From: a virus
Lineage: Duplodnaviria; Caudoviricetes
Strand: one strand, 5' to 3'
DNA: 64,000 nt
IMG/VR virus record: IMGVR_UViG_3300036984_000039
Coordinates: 43,547 to 107,546 of that record
The position numbers were made by a program, and so were the translations under genes. Shown here one piece after another: positions 49,201 through 58,272 of this stretch (the stretch's first letter is position 1; every line of letters starts with the position of its first letter). Below the pieces are notes generated by a model, which saw only the letters and a list, made by a program, of their open reading frames with translations, did no database searches and was not told the origin of the DNA.

Positions 49201-50070
49201 GGCTCCTTCACAAGCGACGCGGTTCTAACGGCAACACGCACCGGGCAAGTCACGGCGCAAGCAATCATCGTCCAAGCGCGCGCCGATAGTATCACGGCGA
49301 ACGCCATTCTCAGCAGGACGCGCACCGGCAGCGTCACAACCGACGCCGTCCTGCTACGGACGCAGGCCAGCACCTTTACAGCCGACGCCTATATCATCAC
49401 GACTGGCGGGCAGGCTATCACCGCCGCCGCCGTCATCTTACGCACACAAACGGGCAGCGTCACGGCGGGCGCGTTCATCGTTACGCCACGCACGGGCAGC
49501 GTCACCGCCGACGCCCTGGTGTTGGTCGGGCGTACGGGTAGCGTTACCGCTCAGGCAGCCGTACAACAAGCCAATACCCGAAGCATCGTGGCACAGGCGG
49601 CAATCCAGGCGGTGCGCGCCAGTAGCGTCACGGCGAACGCCCTGCTGCAACAAACACGGGCCGGGAGCGTCACCGCCGCCGCCTTCCTACAAACGCCGCG
49701 TAGCGCCAGCATCACGGCACAGGCCGTGGTCAAGACGACTCAGGCGGGAACAATCAGCGCCGCGGCCTGCATCGCACAGCCGCGGGCGAGCACTCTTAGC
49801 GCAAACGCCTACATCGTCTACTCCGGCGAGCGCGTGTTGCTGGCTGATGCGACGATCTTGCGGGAACAAACCGCAAGTCTGACGGCTCAAGCGGTCATCA
49901 AGGCGGCACGCAGCGGCAGCATCACGGCGGGTGCCTACATTCTGAGCGGCATCATACCGGAATGTCGCCTGTTCGACATCGAAGCGGAAGAACGCTTCTT
50001 TGACATAACTGAAGAACGCTTCTTTGACGTTGAGGCGGAAGACCGCTTCTTCGACATAGACTGCGGCTAG
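46282..50070 (+). CDS. Long repetitive fibre protein (about 15-aa S[IVF]TADA[IV][IL] repeats)
   Basis: 1262 aa; 672-nt higher-order duplication (47561 vs 48233); C-terminal R(L/F)FD(I/V) x4. Confidence 0.75.
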   Translation: MSAGLFDLLGLGLGLGVPQVVGSFTADAILQRARSGSVIANAIIASTQTGSIAGSAVVLGTVSSSITTNAVLAKSQADSIMASAVIVKAGSGSVSAAAVVGKAQAGSLTSAAIIQSAISSSISANAVLVKSQADSFTADAIIIKAGSGSVTTDAIIVKGQSSSVTASATILASKTSSVTADAVLQTSRAASITADAILLHGQTDSVTAEAVISKTNSASFTGAAILLRERSDSITADAVLVKAQAASIVASATILAGKAASITADAVLLRERTGSVTADAVISKAQSSSVTGDAILLRERSGSVTTNAVLVKAQAANFTASAIIQQSGSAQTAADAVIIKAQATGIAANAIILRAATTSIAADAVLSKAQAASITADAIIILGRTGLLTGAAVIVRAQAAALTADATIQNALASSITANAVIQRARAGTFTTDAILQALRTGSVSANATIFKAQVQSVTADAYIVTIGAQAISADAVIQQARASSVTVDAYLVWTRAASLTTDAILLKASAGSITGAAIIQQGRASSITANATLKSVSANSITADAIIIGAQAAAFSADAIILLLRSSSLTANAIVQSRADRAISADGIIQQARSTSITASAVIDKAGSGSLIADAVIQGAQTGAVTADAVLRREQTGSITADAVIGQSRSGTFTTDAILQALRSGSTTADATIVKAQAQSLTADAYIVTIGAQAISADAVIQQARTSSVTADAYIIWTSAASLTADAVLLKAHVGAITGAAVIQRSRASSITADATLKSVSASSVTANAVISEGQATALTADAIILLLRSGGVTTDAVVQGRVDRAISADSIIQRTVSLSVTANAVISKAGSGALTTDAVIGQSRASSFTTDAILLRQRSGQASIDATIFRAQSGSVTADAYISTAGWQTITANATIQRERTGTVTADAFIITAQAGSLTADAVVQVGRTASVSANAVIQNSRTGQITAQAIIQAARSSSVGMDAVIRQAQSGSFTSDAVLTATRTGQVTAQAIIVQARADSITANAILSRTRTGSVTTDAVLLRTQASTFTADAYIITTGGQAITAAAVILRTQTGSVTAGAFIVTPRTGSVTADALVLVGRTGSVTAQAAVQQANTRSIVAQAAIQAVRASSVTANALLQQTRAGSVTAAAFLQTPRSASITAQAVVKTTQAGTISAAACIAQPRASTLSANAYIVYSGERVLLADATILREQTASLTAQAVIKAARSGSITAGAYILSGIIPECRLFDIEAEERFFDITEERFFDVEAEDRFFDIDCG

Positions 50071-50083
50071 ACTAAGGTGTATC

Positions 50084-50359
50084 ATGGCAAGCAAACGAAC
50101 CGTCACCAAAGACCCACAAGCCATCCTGGACTACGGCTTCCGCTACTCCGGGTGGCTCGGCATCGACACGATCACGGCATCGACGTGGACGGTGCCAACC
50201 GGCTTGACGAAAGTCTCGGACTCTTTCACCGCGACCACGACAACTATCTGGCTCAGTGGCGGCGCGGTCGGTGAGCAATATCAGGTTGTCAATAAAATCG
50301 TCACGGTCGGCCAGCGCACCGATGAGCGAACGCTCGTCGTCAACATCGAGCAAAAGTAG
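50084..50359 (+). CDS. Fibre-tail adaptor-like protein
   Basis: KDPQAILDYGF..W...TIWLSGG..G..Y...T...RTDERT. Confidence 0.7.
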   Translation: MASKRTVTKDPQAILDYGFRYSGWLGIDTITASTWTVPTGLTKVSDSFTATTTTIWLSGGAVGEQYQVVNKIVTVGQRTDERTLVVNIEQK

Positions 50360-50366
50360 GTGGCCT

Positions 50367-50729
50367 ATGTCCTTTACCTATCTACCCGGTCTAAGCAATG
50401 ACACGTCACGTATCCGCGTGACAATTGGCGACACCACGGAGGGCGCGGGCATCCGGCCCGGCCAGGCCAACTTCAGCGACGAAGAACTGGCGGGCCTCGT
50501 CACCCTGCACGGCAACTGGCAGGCCGCGGCGATTGCGGCGGTCAACGCGGCGCGCGCCCAGTGGGCGAGCAAGGCGAGTTCGATAAATCTTGGTGATTAT
50601 GGCGAAACGCGGAGACAAGTAGAAAACTTGACGCAGTTGGCGCGGGAACTCACTACATCCCTTCCTGGGCAGTGGCTTGGGATGGGACTTGGATCATCTA
50701 GTGCTGGAAATCCAGCGGTGGTTAAGTGA
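50367..50729 (+). CDS. Head-tail adaptor
   Basis: FTY...RIRVTIGDT...FSDEEL. Confidence 0.75.
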   Translation: MSFTYLPGLSNDTSRIRVTIGDTTEGAGIRPGQANFSDEELAGLVTLHGNWQAAAIAAVNAARAQWASKASSINLGDYGETRRQVENLTQLARELTTSLPGQWLGMGLGSSSAGNPAVVK

Positions 50730-50797
50730 CGCCATGAAAGCGCGAACGGCACTAGGGCAAAGCAAAGGGCAGAGCAATCTCTTGCCCCGCCCTTGCA

Positions 50798-51343
50798 TCA
50801 GTCCTGCGGCAACAATGCGAAGAAGGCATTCGCGCGTTCTTGTAGGGCGGCAACGTCAGCGCACAGAAATAACTCGACACCTATGCGCTGACAACCAATA
50901 CGTGTCACACTCGCGATGGCGGCTCTTTCCCACGTTTCACGGCAAGGCCACGTTTGAAGGAGTTCGGCATCTGGCGTGATCGTCTTATAGGCAGAGAGGC
51001 GAGATTGCGGATTGTTCGTCCAGCCAACCTTGATTCTTGCGGGCGCAATGTCGGGAAGCGGTCGCACGATGTAGAAGAAACCACAGCCGTTTTCGACCGG
51101 TGAACTAGATTGACCGAATCCTTGATTACGGCGCAACTCATAAAGCGTCTCAGCATCCTCCTGGGTTAGTGCGAGCGTCAATTGATTTCTGGAGTCTAAG
51201 GTGCGAATTTTGATGAAAGAAAATCCCTGCTTGATGATGTACTTGCGAGCATTCGACACATCAAGTTTGAGTTCTTTTGCGAGTTGCGACATTGAAACGT
51301 AATTCATATAGCCCTCCGTGGGTGGATTGGCATGGTAACTCAC
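50798..51343 (-). CDS. GIY-YIG/T5orf172-like protein
   Basis: GFFYIV...IKVGWTNNPQSRL; own promoter 51357-51385. Confidence 0.75.
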   Translation of the reverse strand: MSYHANPPTEGYMNYVSMSQLAKELKLDVSNARKYIIKQGFSFIKIRTLDSRNQLTLALTQEDAETLYELRRNQGFGQSSSPVENGCGFFYIVRPLPDIAPARIKVGWTNNPQSRLSAYKTITPDAELLQTWPCRETWERAAIASVTRIGCQRIGVELFLCADVAALQERANAFFALLPQD

Positions 51344-51503
51344 TTATGCTAACCGTAGCATACCATGCATTACGGGTGTTGTCAAATAACCGTCATCGAA
51401 TAACGCTTGCGTATGTGTGGTACAATGGTTACAGCAAATCAGACCGATCAGTGCGGGGAATCGGCGCTACCGAGCATCTAAGTTCTAACGTCATTGGAGC
51501 AGC

Positions 51504-52214
51504 ATGAGTAAGCCAACCAATGCCAAAGCGAAAGCATCGCGCGGAGGCACCATGCCGCCGCCCGATGAGCCAACCGGCCCGACACCAGAACCGGGCGGGC
51601 CTATTGCGCCGGTTGAGCCGGACGCACCACAGGAGTTACCAGACATGCCAGAAGATTCCACTTGGGCGGAAACCGTAGAGCAGGCGAACTCGCAGAATCT
51701 CAAGCGGTTTGTCGATGAATGGGCGGAGGTCTCGCACAACAAGGCGAGCCAGCAGGCGGGGCTTCAGGATCAGGTCAACAGCCTTTTCCTGAAATGGGCG
51801 ATGGACGCGCAGGGTATCACCAACCGTGCGGCCAATGACGGCGCGAGTGTCAGCACGGCGATCAACAGCGCAATGGCGCTGGCGTCGGCGCGCGGCAGCG
51901 ATCAGGCTGCGGCGATGCAGGGCTTGGTTTTGGCCGCAGCCCTCGGTCAGCAAATTTCCGCCAACAAGATGTCGGCGGAAGTGGCGAGCGCGGATGTCAT
52001 CGCGAAGAAGGCCATCGACGCGGCTATCGCAGCCGTGCCAGGCACAGGGGCACCGGCACAGGGCACGTCCGGCGCAGCGCAGGGTGGCATCCAGACGGTC
52101 GGCGCGGTCGCCAGCGAAGCGATCATGGCGCAGATCACGAAGTTGGCCGAGGTCGTCAACGTCCTGACCTTGAAAGTCGCGGCTCTGGAAGTCAATCCGA
52201 CTCCCGCAGGGTAA
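51504..52214 (+). CDS. Ala/Gln-rich helical protein of unknown function
   Basis: GGAG RBS, upstream TACAAT; Pro-rich N-terminus. Confidence 0.6.
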   Translation: MSKPTNAKAKASRGGTMPPPDEPTGPTPEPGGPIAPVEPDAPQELPDMPEDSTWAETVEQANSQNLKRFVDEWAEVSHNKASQQAGLQDQVNSLFLKWAMDAQGITNRAANDGASVSTAINSAMALASARGSDQAAAMQGLVLAAALGQQISANKMSAEVASADVIAKKAIDAAIAAVPGTGAPAQGTSGAAQGGIQTVGAVASEAIMAQITKLAEVVNVLTLKVAALEVNPTPAG

Positions 52215-52259
52215 GCAGTAACGCGCCGGGTGGCCCGCACCACCCGGCGAGGACAGCAC

Positions 52260-52661
52260 ATGGAAACCGTAGAACACGTCGGGGAAATGTGGGATCATAG
52301 TTGCAGCGTCGTGCAGGCCAGCACGTCCGCGGGTGGCTACGGTCACAGTGCTTTCGATTACACAAGCCCAACCGCGACGACGCTGCTGGTGGATTGTCAT
52401 TACTCGCCAGGTGGCGTGCGCGAGATCATCTCTGCACGCACGGCAGGCGTGGACATTCAAACGCATTCGCTGTGGATGAAGTACGCCGACGCACCGACGA
52501 CGCTGACCGTGCCCGGCGCAACGCTCAATCACCGCATCACAACCATCGTGCGGCTCGATACCGGCGCGAGCGTGGACGCCGGGCCTTTCGACATCACGGA
52601 CATCGTGGACATGGCGGGCAAGCACCAGTTGCTCAGGCTGATGCTCAAGAGGATCGCGTAA
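52260..52661 (+). CDS. Head closure/stopper protein
   Basis: Position; FDITDIVDMAGKHQLLRLML. Confidence 0.65.
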   Translation: METVEHVGEMWDHSCSVVQASTSAGGYGHSAFDYTSPTATTLLVDCHYSPGGVREIISARTAGVDIQTHSLWMKYADAPTTLTVPGATLNHRITTIVRLDTGASVDAGPFDITDIVDMAGKHQLLRLMLKRIA

Positions 52662-53143
52662 TGAAAACCACGGCGACGATCCGGGTATCCTTCAACACGC
52701 CGCTGGCGAAGGCGATGGGCGAGAGCTTCACGACCGAGGTCGCCGCGGAGTTTGGCGATCAGGTCTTAGCGCGGGCGAAGGAGAATACGGCACCTGGAAA
52801 AGGTCCCGGCCCTCATCCGCACGTCAGTGAACATTTCGACACAGGCACGCTGATGGAAAACATATTTGCAGACATCGCAAAGACTGCGAATGGCGTGACG
52901 ATGCACGTCTGGACACCTATCGAGTACGGACTCTGGAATGAGGCTGGCTGGACTACGACAACCGGACGCTTCATTCGCTATCCCTGGCTCAGCGTCGCGG
53001 TTTCTGAAGTGCAGAAGGAACTTTCTTCGATTATCCGAGCAAAGGCAGACGTGGCTTTTGCGGGTGGCGCGCGTGGCGGTGCGATAGCGATTCGTAAGGG
53101 TTCTAATACATGGGACTATCTCCGAGGGTCAAGTCGGAAGTAG
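52661..53143 (+). CDS. HK97 gp10-like tail completion protein
   Basis: AKENTAP...DTGTLMENI...EYG..NEAG...YPWL. Confidence 0.7.
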   Translation: MKTTATIRVSFNTPLAKAMGESFTTEVAAEFGDQVLARAKENTAPGKGPGPHPHVSEHFDTGTLMENIFADIAKTANGVTMHVWTPIEYGLWNEAGWTTTTGRFIRYPWLSVAVSEVQKELSSIIRAKADVAFAGGARGGAIAIRKGSNTWDYLRGSSRK

Positions 53144-54004
53144 TTCCTTCCAGACTTTACCGTTTTTGATGGCACAGATATGACGACACGAAACACCGTA
53201 CTGCTTTGCGATACTTTTCCCGGTTTGGCCCTCGGCCAACAACCGGCGAATCTCGATTACGTCAACCGCTTTCAATTTGGCAAAGTGGCATCCTTCACCG
53301 GCGTGACGCTGATTTGTCAACTGATTCAGACGTTCTGGTATAAGTTCTGGACAAAGCACGTGTTTCCAAATATTGCCATTGCGGATTTTACCGATAGTGG
53401 TTGGGTACACATTGAAATCGCGGGCAAGGTCATAAATCGTATCGCCGCGCACCAACCGGCGCTTGATTTCAGCGACCTTATCTTCATCGAGCTTTGCTAC
53501 GGGAGATTTAGAACCGGTATGCGCGGCGATTTGTTGGGAAGTACGTTTCGTTCCAGCAGAAGTTCCGGCCCGTGGCGCAATATTGTAACCATATTCCGGT
53601 TCCGCGCTTCGCAGTTTGTCTATCCAGTATTGCTCGCGTTCGGTAAGACGTTCCTGGTCGGATTCCTCAAGAATGATAAACTTGAAGGCGTCTCGGCCAT
53701 ACCTGTTCCAGTCGCCTTGCAATCGCGTACAAGGATTTCTGCCGTGCCACAGATCGCTGCGATGATTGCGCCAACGTTTTATAATGTCGGTGGAACCTCC
53801 GACATAACGCATATCTGTGATAAGATTGCGAATCATGTAGACACCACAAACAGGCTTGCGGGCAAGATCGGCAGCTTTGAGATTGATACCAGTTTGCTTG
53901 TTGGCGCAGGACACGTTGCAAAAGCGCCGTCTTTTGAAATTGAAGGAATCTTCACTAGCACGTTGCGACAATTCGGCATGACAGTATTCGCAAACTTTAG
54001 GCAT
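53129..54004 (-). CDS. GIY-YIG homing endonuclease with NUMOD-like repeats
   Basis: GVYMIRN...YVGGS..I.KRW..H; two AKL...V.EI...WK repeats. Confidence 0.9.
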   Translation of the reverse strand: MPKVCEYCHAELSQRASEDSFNFKRRRFCNVSCANKQTGINLKAADLARKPVCGVYMIRNLITDMRYVGGSTDIIKRWRNHRSDLWHGRNPCTRLQGDWNRYGRDAFKFIILEESDQERLTEREQYWIDKLRSAEPEYGYNIAPRAGTSAGTKRTSQQIAAHTGSKSPVAKLDEDKVAEIKRRLVRGDTIYDLARDFNVYPTTIGKIRNGNIWKHVLCPELIPERLNQLTNQRHAGEGCHFAKLKAVDVIEIRRLLAEGQTGKSIAKQYGVSCRHICAIKNGKVWKELLPT

Positions 54005-54075
54005 AACGTAAACTCCTTACATGCGGTATTTTATACGAATCTGGTTCATTTGTCAATTGCGGGACATCCATTTCC

Positions 54076-54495
54076 ATGATAGACGAAACGGCTACTTTGA
54101 TTGCCTATCTGCTGACGGTTAATGGCGTGACGACGCAAGTTTCCACCCGCGTGTTTGGGCCACCCGGCCTACCGATTGGATACGCTGGCGCGACTAAGGC
54201 TCTGGTAATTATGCCTGATGGCGGAAGTCAGCCAACCGATATGCCAATTATGACAATGCCTTTTCAGGTGCGCTGCTATGGGCCAACACCTACCGCGGCA
54301 CATGAGGTATACGCGGCAGTGCATGATGCTTTGCACAACTGCGGGCCGATACAGGTAACGGTTGGCGCAACGAAGGTGGTATTGGCTCGCAGTCAACGCC
54401 TATCTGGCCCGGTTTACCTCCCGGAATTGGAAACCCAGTGGTGTATGTGGCTGGCGCGCTACGGCGCGATCCTCAGCGACAGGGCGGTGACGTGA
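54076..54495 (+). CDS. Tail terminator-like protein
   Basis: VSTRVF...FQVRCYG...VHDAL. Confidence 0.7.
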   Translation: MIDETATLIAYLLTVNGVTTQVSTRVFGPPGLPIGYAGATKALVIMPDGGSQPTDMPIMTMPFQVRCYGPTPTAAHEVYAAVHDALHNCGPIQVTVGATKVVLARSQRLSGPVYLPELETQWCMWLARYGAILSDRAVT

Positions 54496-54962
54496 CCTGG
54501 CTATCCTTTGGCGAGCGCACCGATCATCCCGGCAGCCTGCGGCTTGACATTCGGCCCGTGGCGGACGTGCAGGGCGATGGGTTGCGATTGCCATTCGCGG
54601 CGGCCTCCTTCGAGGGCGTGGAGTGCTACCACGTCCTTGAGCACCTTTTGCCGCGTGATGGGTCGCGGCTGCTTGCGGAAATGGCCCGCGTCACGCAGCC
54701 GGGTGGCCCGGTCGAGGTCGCCGTGCCGGATATGCAAAAATGCGCCAACGCCCTGGTACACGGACACACGAGCGTGCTTGATATCATTTTTAGCCCGCGG
54801 GCGGAACTGGCGCTGTGTCATCGGATGGGTTACACGCCGACCCTGCTGGCGCAGGCCATGCTGAAGCACCTGCGCGGCGTGGACTTCTTGCCGCAGCGGG
54901 CGGAAGACGTTTTGGAGATTCGCTTGGTGGGCTATGCACCCGAAATGGAGATGCGGCAATGA
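54492..54962 (+). CDS. Class I SAM methyltransferase
   Basis: LDI...DVQGD..LPF...HVLEHL...RVTQPGG...VPD. Confidence 0.8.
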   Translation: MTWLSFGERTDHPGSLRLDIRPVADVQGDGLRLPFAAASFEGVECYHVLEHLLPRDGSRLLAEMARVTQPGGPVEVAVPDMQKCANALVHGHTSVLDIIFSPRAELALCHRMGYTPTLLAQAMLKHLRGVDFLPQRAEDVLEIRLVGYAPEMEMRQ

Positions 54963-55555
54963 TCGAGCGTATTTTCGGTAAGCGATGGTTGCATGATCTG
55001 TTCAACTCACGCCACGAACCAGGCGGCTCGTCTATCGGCGGGCAGTTCGCGCGGGCAGCAGACAACGGCGCGGGCATGGGCGGGGGAAATGGGGGATTAT
55101 CGGAAGACCAAAAACTCACCGCCAGTATGACGGATTCTTATGAAAAGATAGCTAAACCGACCATCCTTGCTAAACAACTTGCCGATGAGACTGTCCTTAA
55201 GGATATAACTATAGGAACAGAAAGACAAATAAAATACGCCAAAGACTTACGCGATGGTTTCGTAAAAACCATTAAATCAAGAGAGAACAATTTGCCCGTG
55301 CAATCTGCATTACGCAAAAGCGAGCGGGGAGATAGGCTTAATGATTTAGAAGTCTCGGCTATCGCCAATGATGCTTGGGATCGACGCACGATTTGGTTTG
55401 TCAATACAAGTGATGCCAAGAAGGTTATTGATTGGTTTGCTGGTACGGAGGGACAGATAAGGAAAAGCGACTCCATTGGACGATATAAGGATATTATTCG
55501 TCGTCCAGAAAGGTGGAAGTACGAAAATGGTGGATGGAAGCAGATTTTCAAGTGA
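54959..55555 (+). CDS. Motif-tagged putative cargo protein with AT-rich C-terminal domain
   Basis: IFGKRWLHDLFNSRHEPGGSSIGGQF; GTERQIKYAKDLR. Confidence 0.6.
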   Translation: MIERIFGKRWLHDLFNSRHEPGGSSIGGQFARAADNGAGMGGGNGGLSEDQKLTASMTDSYEKIAKPTILAKQLADETVLKDITIGTERQIKYAKDLRDGFVKTIKSRENNLPVQSALRKSERGDRLNDLEVSAIANDAWDRRTIWFVNTSDAKKVIDWFAGTEGQIRKSDSIGRYKDIIRRPERWKYENGGWKQIFK

Positions 55556-55610
55556 TCCCAGTCATCACCTCACAGCTTGTTCGATAAGCGCGAGGATGAT
55601 GACTGAGAGG

Positions 55611-55811
55611 TTACTTGCGGATTTCGATGATTTTGGCGCTGCGGTTTTCGCTGCCCTTCGGAAAGTCCGCGCCGATGGTGTAGCCGTGGTCATTGGTGCT
55701 ATACCCTGCGGCCTCGCCTGCCTCGACGGCTTGCTGATCCTTGTCCCAGGTTCCGGTGACGGTTGCGACGTGCTTTCCAGTTTCGAGTGAGTAAATGTAC
55801 ATTTTTGACAT
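55611..55811 (-). CDS. Moron-like small gene with early-type promoter
   Basis: AAGGAGG RBS; promoter 55838-55866 with GGGCAATT boxes. Confidence 0.65.
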   Translation of the reverse strand: MSKMYIYSLETGKHVATVTGTWDKDQQAVEAGEAAGYSTNDHGYTIGADFPKGSENRSAKIIEIRK

Positions 55812-55913
55812 GATGATCCTCCTTAGTGATCATGATCAGTGTAGCACAAGTCATTCCGTTTGTCAAGTGGGCAGGCGGGCAATTTTAGGGCAATTTCGAC
55901 AGGAGATCACCTG

Positions 55914-56996
55914 ATGATCCCTCTCTCTAAGCCGCACTTCTTCGGTCGCGAAGTCGAATACGTCACGACCGCATTGGCCCAGCGCCAGCTTTCGGGCGGC
56001 GCGTATGTCGGGGCACTCGAAGACGCCTTTGCGCACTTCGTCAACGCCAAGCACGCCATCGCCTGTTCGACAGGCACGGCGGCGCTGCATCTGCTGCTAC
56101 GGGCGCTCTGCATCGGGCCGGGAGATGAGGTCATTGTCCCAAGTCTTACCTACATTGCCACGGCCAACGCCGTGACCTACTGCGGCGCGACGCCGGTCTT
56201 TGCGGACGTTGACCCGCTGACCTGGACACTCGACCCGGACGCCGCGGCGGCGGTCATCACGCCGCGCACGGTCGGCATCCTGGCGGTGCATCTCTACGGC
56301 GTACCTGCGCCGCTCGACAAACTGACGTGGCTGGCCCACCAGCATAGCCTGTGGCTGGCCGAGGACGCCGCGGAAGCACACGGCTCGGTGTATCAGGACA
56401 AGCCCATCGGCAGCACGGCATTGGGCGCGGCGGCATTTTCATTCTTCGGCAGCAAAACTTTAGCGTGTGGCGAAGGCGGCATAGTCACGACGAACAACGC
56501 ACGCCTGGCCGATGCCATGCGGCGCTTACGCGGGCAAGGCGTCGATCCGACGCGCAAATACTGGCATACCGAGCTAGGCTACAACTACCGCTTGCCAGAA
56601 CTCAGCGCGGCGGTCGCGCTCGGTCAGGTCGAAACGGCGGCGCAGCACGTCACGGCGCGGGCGCGGCTCTGGCAGGAGTATCAGGGACGCTTGCCGCAAG
56701 CCGACTGGCAGCGCGCACCGGCCAATACGCAGGAATGTCGCTGGCTGGCTGCCTTGCGCGTGCCCAAACGTGACAAGGCCATGCGCGCTCTGGCGCAAGC
56801 GGGCATCGAAACCCGCCCGGCCTTTCCGCCTTTGCATACGCAGCCGGTCTACGCCATACCGGGAAGTCAGGTCTACGCGGCGCAGCCGGTGGCCGAGGAC
56901 ATCGCGGCGCATGGCCTGTGCCTGCCGATGCACGTTGGCCTGAGCGTGCAGGATATGGCGACGATCTGCCGGGAGGTGACGCCGTGGCTCGCATAA
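55914..56996 (+). CDS. DegT/DnrJ (perosamine synthetase-like) aminotransferase
   Basis: GTAALHL, GDEVIVP, EDAAEAHG, FSFFGSKTLACGEGG, GYNYR. Confidence 0.92.
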   Translation: MIPLSKPHFFGREVEYVTTALAQRQLSGGAYVGALEDAFAHFVNAKHAIACSTGTAALHLLLRALCIGPGDEVIVPSLTYIATANAVTYCGATPVFADVDPLTWTLDPDAAAAVITPRTVGILAVHLYGVPAPLDKLTWLAHQHSLWLAEDAAEAHGSVYQDKPIGSTALGAAAFSFFGSKTLACGEGGIVTTNNARLADAMRRLRGQGVDPTRKYWHTELGYNYRLPELSAAVALGQVETAAQHVTARARLWQEYQGRLPQADWQRAPANTQECRWLAALRVPKRDKAMRALAQAGIETRPAFPPLHTQPVYAIPGSQVYAAQPVAEDIAAHGLCLPMHVGLSVQDMATICREVTPWLA

Positions 56997-57694
56997 CCCT
57001 GACGTCGGCCTTCCGCAACAGCAGCAACTACTTGCCGCGTTACTTCGCACAGATCGAGGAACTACGGGCGGGCTTGGCAGCGCGCGGCGCTACGCTTGAC
57101 CTGGCGCTGATTTACGGCGATTGCGTGGATCATACCGCCGAGGCGCTGTACTATATGGCCGCGGCCAGCGGTTGCACGGCGGCTATCGCGGAGCACTCGC
57201 ACGGCGGCAGGCACTTGGGTAGCATCATCACGCCGATGCGCTTGCGCGCCTTGGCGGGTGTGGGAAACGCCATGCTGGAATTGGTGCCGGACGAGGCCGA
57301 CGCGCTGCTTTATGTCGAGAGTGACCTGATCTGGCAGGCCACCGACCTGCTGGCGCTGCTGGATGATCTGCAAATACCGCAGGTCAGCCTGGCCTTCCCG
57401 ATGGTCATGGCGAGCGGCGAACACCGTTTCTATGATACCTGGGCCTATCGCATCGGTACGGCATCCTTCCAGCGGTATTGGCCGTATCACAAGGCATTAG
57501 CGGACGGTGTGCCGGGCGACCTGGTTGAACTCAGCGGCGGCGGCTCATGCGCGGCGGTGCGTGGCGATACCGTACCAACCATGAAGCAGATCGGCTTCCA
57601 AGCCTGGGGGGTATGGCCGGAGCTTGTCAAAACCCTGGGGCAGGTTGGGTACCGAGCGTGGCTAGACCCGCGGGTAACAATATGGCACCCATAG
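56984..57694 (+). CDS. GT-A fold glycosyltransferase
   Basis: FRNS..YL.RY, YVESDL, FYDTWAYR. Confidence 0.7.
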   Translation: MARITLTSAFRNSSNYLPRYFAQIEELRAGLAARGATLDLALIYGDCVDHTAEALYYMAAASGCTAAIAEHSHGGRHLGSIITPMRLRALAGVGNAMLELVPDEADALLYVESDLIWQATDLLALLDDLQIPQVSLAFPMVMASGEHRFYDTWAYRIGTASFQRYWPYHKALADGVPGDLVELSGGGSCAAVRGDTVPTMKQIGFQAWGVWPELVKTLGQVGYRAWLDPRVTIWHP

Positions 57695-57705
57695 GAGAGA
57701 ATCTC

Positions 57706-58272
57706 GTGCAAGATTCCACTACCACAACCGGCAACGTGCCGGTGACCATTGGCGGCAACGGCAGCATCCGCTACACCTTCGCGGAGTTTGGCGAGGGCGC
57801 GGAGATCTTCGACTGGTGCGTGGTGCTCAATCCCGAACTGATTCACATCGGGCCGCACACCAGGGTGGACAGCATGGTGAAATTGGAAGGCGGGCACGGC
57901 GCGGGCCTGTTCATCGGCGCACACGTGCATATCTGCTCATTCTGCCATATCAATACGGGCGGCGGCACGGTCTACATCGGCAACTACGCGGGCATCGCGT
58001 CCGGCGCGAAGATTCTCGGCGGCACGAATCTACCCGACGCGCCGAGTATGTCCGCGGCGGCTCCGCCTGAGATGCAGCACGTTGCGCGCATGGGCACGGG
58101 CATCGGCGCATACGCCTTCATCGGCGCGAACGCGATTGTCATGCCAGGCATCACCATCGGGGAGGGCGCGGTCGTCGGGGCCGGTTCGGTTGTGACCAAA
58201 AATATCGCACCGTGGACGATTGCGGCGGGCAATCCCGCCCGGCAAATCGGGGAGCGCAGCCATGACTTCTAA
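57706..58272 (+). CDS. Hexapeptide-repeat sugar acetyltransferase
   Basis: IGANAIVMPGITIGEGAVVGAGSVVTK...AGNPAR. Confidence 0.9.
   Translation: MQDSTTTTGNVPVTIGGNGSIRYTFAEFGEGAEIFDWCVVLNPELIHIGPHTRVDSMVKLEGGHGAGLFIGAHVHICSFCHINTGGGTVYIGNYAGIASGAKILGGTNLPDAPSMSAAAPPEMQHVARMGTGIGAYAFIGANAIVMPGITIGEGAVVGAGSVVTKNIAPWTIAAGNPARQIGERSHDF

Noticed and set aside
50730-50797. Possible second pentamer RNA (ggcac/ggcaa/agcaa) with GCAA-loop hairpin
   Set aside because: Periodicity too broken to decode and no promoter; may be just a terminator
53180-54079. 299-aa plus-strand ORF
   Set aside because: Shadow of the GIY-YIG gene
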